Shown piece by piece: positions 63,901-64,000 of a DNA stretch of 64,000 nt. The notes beneath the pieces were generated by a model. The model ran no database searches, was not told the DNA's origin, and was given only the letters and a program-made list of their open reading frames with translations. Within the stretch, counting starts at the first letter, position 1, and every line of letters starts with the position of its first letter. The stretch is from positions 113,894,001-113,958,000 of the forward strand of contig NC_043003.1 of the NCBI RefSeq assembly GCF_006345805.1. Direction: 5' to 3'. The position numbers and the translations under genes were made by a program. The DNA comes from Octopus sinensis. Taxonomy: Eukaryota.

Positions 63901-64000
63901 CCTAGAGTAGCCAATGGCTCACAGACCCACTTTATATTAACGTGACTATTTCAGTGTAACACAGTGTAACAGTGTAGTCAATGGCTCACAGACCCACTTT
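60968..64000. repeat. Tandem satellite with 57/59/66/69-bp unit variants (~45 units, runs off the window)
   Basis: Consensus cagtgtaacacagtgtaacctagagtagccaatggctcacagacccactttatattcacgtgactatca, built partly from (c/t)agtgtaac(a/c) decamers. Confidence 0.97.

Noticed and set aside
60968-64000. CRISPR-like appearance of regular repeats
   Set aside because: There are no unique spacers and no cas genes, and the context is eukaryotic.

Overview
Eukaryotic, AT-rich, microsatellite-saturated window. The repeat families resemble those of a coleoid cephalopod, probably Octopus (inference, no search run). No host protein-coding gene can be identified with confidence; nearly all listed ORFs are microsatellite translations. 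It reads as intergenic DNA or a large intron, with a 100-N gap at 10397-10496. Contents: (1) three tRNA-derived SINE families in many copies; (2) decayed 3' fragments of an R4/Dong-like restriction-endonuclease LINE, all on the + strand next to (AAT)n tracts, often tail-to-tail with minus-strand SINEs; (3) six copies of a ~410-bp MITE with GGATC TIRs, 8-bp TSDs (Merlin-like) and internal TTAGGG repeats; (4) short (TA)n-flanked elements from four families carrying minimal type I hammerhead-ribozyme-like motifs typical of Penelope-like elements, the most interesting signal here; (5) a triplicated 726-bp Tc1/mariner remnant bounded by (GT)n; (6) a Helentron/HINE-like element and several fold-back elements; (7) a terminal 57-69-bp satellite with CCAAT and CACGTG motifs and a ~1.14-kb higher-order period. 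Coordinates were read by eye; boundaries of decayed elements are approximate.
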